Shown here: in pieces, positions 57,701 to 64,000 of the stretch
Position numbering within the stretch: the stretch's first letter is position 1
Layout: each line of letters begins with the position of its first letter
Origin: Saccostrea cucullata
Lineage: Eukaryota
Length of the DNA: 64,000 nucleotides
Direction: 5' to 3'
Assembly (NCBI RefSeq): GCF_032062105.1
Contig: NW_026929887.1
Location: 248,001-312,000, forward strand
Program-made: the position numbers and the translations under genes
Notes under the pieces: model-generated
Database searches by the model: none
What the model saw: the letters and a program-made list of their open reading frames with translations, nothing else
What the model was told of the DNA's origin: nothing

Positions 57701-60700
57701 ATAAAGATCAGAGATCAGATAAAACTTATATATAATGACAATAAAATTCATTTCTGAAACTACTTGTAACCTTACTTAAATCTATGGATGTTTGATAAAA
57801 ACAACCAAGAAACACAAGCATCTTATGTTTTCGTTTCTTTCTTACTTTAGGCCCTTATTGTGTTTTTTTTCAACAAATCAGATATACCAATTTAACAGTT
57901 AAACAAAATTGAATATTCATATCTAATACCTTGCCTTTACTTCTTGGTCAAGTTGTTCTTGTAATCTAAGTATATTTTCTTCGGCATTGCTCTTACAGCT
58001 GTAAAAAAAATCAATAATTGTTATCAATTAAGCAATCAGACATTCAAGGAAATACATGGATCAGAAGCAGAAATCATGTACCTTGATATTTCTCTCTCCA
58101 ATGAATCAGTTTTTGATTTCAGCAAATAGAGTCGTTTTTCTACCTCTTTCAAAGCTTCAGCAGTATTAAAGGATGTTTTGTTCTCTTCAGATGGCAAAAC
58201 AACTTCCGCAAATTTCAACATATTCTTTAAAATTTGGTCAGATTTTTCAATTTCTTCTTCGTAACCTTTTCTGGAAAATTATTGAAATGACATAATATCA
58301 AGTTTAAATGACATATCCTGGCGTTACCGGTTTTCGTTAGTGTAAATGTAATCTAGGCATCCATGTTTTTCTTACCTCAATTATTTATGTATTATTAGTC
58401 AACAATAAATAAATATATTCAGACATTTATTTGTTTTTGAAATCAAGAATTTCAGTACTGTTTCAACTTTCTTTGGATCCGCCATAATCCGAGTTGTTTT
58501 GAATGACGTCACCCATTTTCGATAGCAAGTATGGCGCACAGTTATTGTCATTAAAACATCGATTTACGTTATTTTGTGTGGGTTTTTGTTTTCTTTTATT
58601 TGTTTTTTGTCATTTTTTTCTGCTATTGGATTTTTTTGGTTCTGTTTTCAACTATAATCTTAACAACAAATAAAATATACTTAATTATAACATTAATTTT
58701 TTTTATTTTTTGGTTGAAATTTTATAAAATTGAAATTTCAAGCCAGGAGCCATTGTCTGCTTGGAAAGCATTATCCACAGCCTTTGACCTATAGTAATTC
58801 TTGTAATTTCCCCTTTTGATGGAAAATATCTACAAAAAAACGAACAATAAATCAACAGGAACAAAACATAAAACATTAAAAGATGTCAAAATTTAAAATA
58901 AAATACCCGTAACAGGCCTCCATACTTTATTTTTTTAAGCGGAAGTTTGCCCAAAGTGAGGCTTATCTATTTTTAAGCCATAACACAGAGCTTTTTAACA
59001 GACGATAACATTTAAACATCAAATGTTGTTTTCAGGCTTAGGAGATAGGATTTTAGAGTGAATTTTTTTGGCATTATGAGAAAAGGGCGTGATTTGAATA
59101 GATAAAAAGAAAAATAGAACCTTACCTCTCTAAATGGCATAATTTTCGATCTTTTTGGCTTTATTACACTTTTAACATCTGGTGGTAATTTTGGGATAAG
59201 AGTTCCAAAAAATTACGAAAGGTTTTCTGATTTATTGTTAAAAACATTAGCCTATCGAAATTAGGATACTATCGAAAATAGGTTACGTCACAATACTATA
59301 TAAATATAAGGAGGCTGGGAGGTCAACAAATTAACCACCAGATATAACTTAATATTTTAGATATGATATAAATGAATCCACACTTTTTAAAAGTTATGTC
59401 CCTTGGCCGCCATCTTAGAGGATAAACCCATAGAATCCTCACAGTAGCCTTGTCATTTGACTGCAAAAAATATTTGCAAAGTGTATAGTGATTGCCTCAT
59501 GCTGGGGCTACCCACACATCCAAAGAAAACAATTTTAACACAGTGGATTCATCATAGCCCGCCCAAATGTTTGGTAACATAAAGAGGAGAAATGATCTTT
59601 GACCTTTTGGTTGACCCCGCAAAGGGACACGACTTTTGTAAAGTGTGGATTGGACTATTCTAAGTTGTCAACTATCATTTGGCAAAGACAAAATTCACAA
59701 ATTTTAGTTTTAAAATTTAATCATTTTTCCACATATCTTTATATGGAAGTCCTCTTCTAAAAGAGATCAAAATAGTCTGAGAATGGCCACAACCACCCAG
59801 CCCCTTTAACAGGTCGGAGAGAATACTCGAAATCGGGTATTATCCGTGAAATCGCGTATAATACTCGATATAAGGGTATCATTGAATCCGCGAAATCGGG
59901 TATTCCGTGCAACTTTCTATAAAAACTAAAGAATAAAGCAACGGCGCATTATGCCAGTAACTGTTACTTGTACATCAGTATCTTGTGGATTTATTTTTAT
60001 TAAATCTAATTCATACGGTTGTCAAATAAGTTTAAAATCACACGACAAACACTGCTGGGGTAACAAAGAGGACACAATGGCGTTATTATTTTTCAATATA
60101 ATTTCTAAAAACAAATAACCACACTTCGTTTGTCTTTATTTCCCATTAAAATATTCCATATACTTAATTTTCTAATTTGTGCACTATTCACAAAACGTAA
60201 AATTTTAAAGAAATTAAACAACTAATGTCGTGTTATGTATTTTTACTGAAAAATGTATGGCGTACCTTTCACGTGAAACATAAATTATTCCTAACAGTTA
60301 GAGAGTACAGTATAAGCGAGTCATAATTGTATATCTCTGCCATAATAGAATACCAACGTTATTGTATCATGGCTGCGGTGTTTTTCCTTTGAAGTCAAGT
60401 GTACAATAACTGGAGATACACCGATGGGCGTATCCAGAAAAAAACTGTGCCGTGTATATGGGCGGAGCCAGCAAAAACTGTGCCGTGTAAATTAATTATT
60501 GAACACCAAGGCGATTTCATCATTTTAAATTACATCTATATTGAATCTAAATTACAGAATGAATGGGCTTTGTAAAATACAAATGCAAAAATTCTGCAAG
60601 CGAAATAAAAGTCTTTCACATAAGTTACAGTACGTATATATCCCAAACTACGAAATGATTTTACGGAGCTCTTCAAATATTCAATTCACAGCAACGCGAA

Positions 60701-60956
60701 ATCAAATTCTTGACATGAATTCCACAAATATATTAAAATATCCCATCTATTGTAATATAGGGCTTAAGCTGTACTGCATCCACAGATGAAGAGTAATTGA
60801 CCCTGACACAGCGTTTTCGTGAATACGACAGCTCTCGAATATGTCAAATGATCAACGGGTATCTTTTTTCTTTATTTTCGAATAACACTTGAATTTACCT
60901 TCTTCAACTTCGAGTTTTTCTTCTTTGATATCCAAAGGTTTTCTTGTGAATTTCAT
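54791..60956 (-). pseudogene. Second Mieap-domain gene: 3' exons intact, original 5' exons disrupted (may still be expressed from other 5' exons)
   Basis: Open in-phase exons 58270-58082, 57998-57930, 57615-57580, 57459-57256, 56989-56795, 56685-56620, 56019-55821, 55734-55654, 55498-55418, 55117-54791 (RLSQVAGAKLKENNPNITDLSDPNRP.., LCWYMVIQNPP..VWPPLYLHEDGPLLSKGVAQ). Upstream exons: 60956-60899; 59226-59126 with an in-frame TAA at 59213-59215; 58829-58376 split by an insertion. Confidence 0.65.
56245..56545. repeat. Minisatellite of palindromic ATAGGTGATATCACCTAT units
   Basis: About a dozen degenerate ~22-bp units; each core is self-complementary. Confidence 0.8.
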
Positions 60957-61340
60957 TAACAATCCAGGGGCGAATCCAGCAATTTTTGAAAAGGGGGAGG
61001 CTCCAGGTCGGTGCCCCCAGCACTCATGCACAGAATCACACCGGCCACTTTAAGTCCGTAGCTACATTTAAAAGAAAGGGGGCCTCCAAAAACAATTGAC
61101 AAGGAAAAAAACCCTTTGCACCACAGTCTAAAATCCAGGGGGGGGGGGGGGGTGCTGGGATGCTGCAATCCGACGTCCTTTCTCATGAACACACGCACAT
61201 AAAATGTTTATTAAAAATACTGACAGAAAGGAGAGATTATCCATGCGGTCACCTGACAAAAACTACATTTTCTATTGGTGTAATTAAAAATCATGCTGAA
61301 AATCTGTGACATGACGTTTGATTGGCCATGATACAAGAAA

Positions 61341-61465
61341 GTTATTGAATATTTATTATGGTGTATCCTGATTGATTTGGACGAAGGGCGGAGACTCGTG
61401 CTTCGCACTCGTCACCGCCCTTCGTCCAAATAACTCAGGATACACCATAATAAATATACAATAAC
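61341..61465. repeat. Long hairpin centred on GTGCTTCGCAC
   Basis: gttattgaatatttattatggtgtatcctga..ttggacgaagggcgg pairs with ccgcccttcgtccaa..tcaggatacaccataataaatatacaataac. Confidence 0.85.
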
Positions 61466-63250
61466 TATATACAATAACTTATAAAGAAGAAAATAAAATA
61501 AGATTAAATAAATACCCACGGGAAAACAGTTTGAAAATAGCTAATTGAAGGCGAGTACCTTTTTCTATGTCAATTTAGCATGAAATTTTTATTCAAAGAC
61601 AACGTAAATTTTTTGGTTGCATTTTAATCGATGCAAGATATGCTATTTTACCTTTATTTTATGCATTTTGTGTGAAAATTGAGAGCGAGAAGTCAAATGA
61701 ACAGGATTTTCTTGGTCTTTTTTTTGGGGGGGGGGTATAAATAAAAGTCAAATGTGTACATCTTTTCATGAGCTTATAATACATTGAATTTCTCAATATA
61801 GATCGAGGTACAGTCATTCTGAAATATGAATTACATAGTCAAGTTTTCACATTTCTTATAGTTTTTACGTTTATGAACATGTGAATGAACAAACTGAAAT
61901 AATGGAGTGTTCAGTTGCCTTGGAAACTCTTGTCTTACTTTTTGGAAATATAATTCCTCATCGGACATTAAAATTTCATAAAAATCGTAGCCACTTCCTT
62001 TCTTTATTATACTATTTGATAGACAGGGTAAAGTTTACCTCTTTACCTTCTATGTTTTTTTATATCGCTATCTTATACCTCATTATAATATGCTAATACA
62101 ACGCACTATCTGATTGGTTCTAGGCAATATGTCAAAGTTTTCTTTTAGTTATTTTATCTATGATACGTATTACTCATGGCAATAACTTTTCCTAATACTC
62201 ATCTATAATGAAAAAATGTGTTTAAAAAATTAACATGAATTCTAGTTACTTGTAGTCTTACATTGTGTTAGAAAATAACAGGTTGCTTTTTGTTTACCTA
62301 CAATGTATATGATTTTTATTTGATGAATAAATCTATATAAAAATATATGACCGAGTTTAACCGACTGTGACATTCAAAGAGAGGTCTCTTGGACACATGT
62401 AGAACACAGTCGAGGTTGTTTTGTCAGAGGTGGTCAAGAAGCCTTTAGCCCCCCCCCCCCCCTTTGAAGTCGCCAAGAAATGGTAAAATATTGATGACTT
62501 AGGGAATTAAACAATCAACAGTTAGGTTCTCTCATAAGCTGTATTCCTGAAACCATCACTGTCTCTGCTTTAATGTTAAAGACATATTCTGCAAATATGT
62601 TTGAATGATAAATAAAAAAGAAAAGATTTTTAAAAAAGAAGAAAGAGGGTTCTTTTAGCCAAAATTTTAGACATTTTTATCATTACATTATTTATACATT
62701 CATAAATAAATTTGATTTTATGCACAAGATGAATGTGAAAGTAATTAATGACGCATAATTAGATACGATAGACAATCCCTATCATATCTGGTGTGTGAAA
62801 TGCGTTTCCGTATACTAGTAATTTGATTTATTTACAAATTGTTCATATTTGTCGTGTTGATGTGGAATTATTATAGATTCCCGAATTCTGATACTTTACA
62901 ATTCTGTTGTATTGGGAATGAACATTAGGAAATTGCATATACTTTCAACATAAGGAAAAATATAAAGCAAATCGAACGCCTTTTTGTGTGCAGATCATGA
63001 AATGTACTGAGCTCCACGGGTATTTGTGGTCCCGAGCGCATTAATCTTGACGCCCAAATTCTTACTTGGCCAGTGATACCTTTAGAGAACATGTGTATCT
63101 AGATGAAAGTTAACAAGTTGTTCTTGTAATATATAAAGTGTCGTACGTTTTCGCTACTTTAGACCATTAATAATTAATATTATTTTTTCGAATCAGAAAT
63201 ACCAGTGTAACCGTTTAAAAAATTGAAATAATCCTATCTACATGTAATAC

Positions 63251-63842
63251 CTTGTCTTTACTTCATTGTCAAGTTGTTCTTGTAATCTAAGTGTATTTTC
63301 TTCGGCATTGCTCTTACAGCTGTAAAAAAAAATCAATAATTGTTATCAAGCAATCAGACATTCAAGGAAATACATGGATCAGAAGCAGAAATCATGTACC
63401 TTAATATTTCTCTCTCCAATGAATCAGTTTTTGATTTCAGCATATAGAGTCGTTTTTCTACCTCTTTCAAAGCTTCAGCAGTATTAAGGGATTTTTTGTT
63501 CTCTTCAGGTGGTAAATCATCATTCACTAATTTCAAGATATTCTTTAAAATTTGTTCAGACTTTTCACCTTCTTCTTCGTAAGCTTTCCTGAAAAATGTT
63601 ACGTTTAAGGTATTTGATAAATTCTTTTCTAAATCTACACTTAGATTGATGTAGAATTTATTTGTAGCAATAACTTTTTATAATCTTATTTTTAAGAAAG
63701 AGCCATGTTTTTTTTAAATGAAATGTTTTACCATTGATGAATTCCGTCTCATCTTATGAACAATATATGATGAAGCAATATAATTTACCTCAGGTCTGAA
63801 ATTTCAAGTTCGCTTTCACATTTTCCATTTTCTTTGTGATTT
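63251..63842 (-). CDS. Duplicated 5' exon module of the Mieap-like family; continues beyond the window
   Basis: Open exons 63842-63789, 63588-63400, 63319-63251. The last two have the same lengths (189 and 69 nt) as 58270-58082 and 57998-57930 and are highly similar to them, including the intron between. Confidence 0.7.
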
Positions 63843-64000
63843 CTAAGTAGAAATACTTTCTTTTACAATCATATTCCATAAATTAAAAAAATACCAATAT
63901 TTGTATGGTAATTATAGTAAAATATTACACTGTATAATTCTCATTAAAGTATAATTTTGCGTTAAATTTTAAATTAAATATAATAATGAATTCTCGTTTA

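Noticed and set aside
58376-58485. ATG GCG GAT at 58485 as the start of the minus Mieap-like gene
   Set aside because: An in-frame TGA precedes the donor, and the ATG lies inside the insertion.

Overview
AT-rich, intron-rich eukaryotic DNA. The repeat families (Helentron-type HINEs with ~167-bp satellite-like monomers, Penelope fragments) and an expanded Mieap-domain family point to a bivalve, probably an oyster; this is an inference. Genes reconstructed exon by exon: METTL18 (+, 3' part, with one GC-AG intron and one U12-type intron), YIPF5 (-, complete, 253 aa), RPL9 (+, complete, head-to-head with YIPF5), and a cluster of Mieap/SPATA18-C-domain coiled-coil genes (one +, one - with a damaged 5' end, plus a duplicated intact 5' exon module). 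An intronless Kekkon-like LRR-Ig-TM receptor (+) is nested inside the 21-kb YIPF5 intron. The most unusual object is a full-length Ty3/Gypsy element (1467-6832, -) in a METTL18 intron. It has 102-bp LTRs ending TAA...TTA instead of TG...CA and no tRNA primer site; an 11-nt PBS instead pairs with the element's own LTR, as in Tf1 self-priming. That primer starts at a TTTCAG|GTATCA junction preceded by a branch-point-like motif, so splicing may define the element's RNA ends. Introns also hold many MITEs, four of them with CAG termini and 5-bp target duplications.
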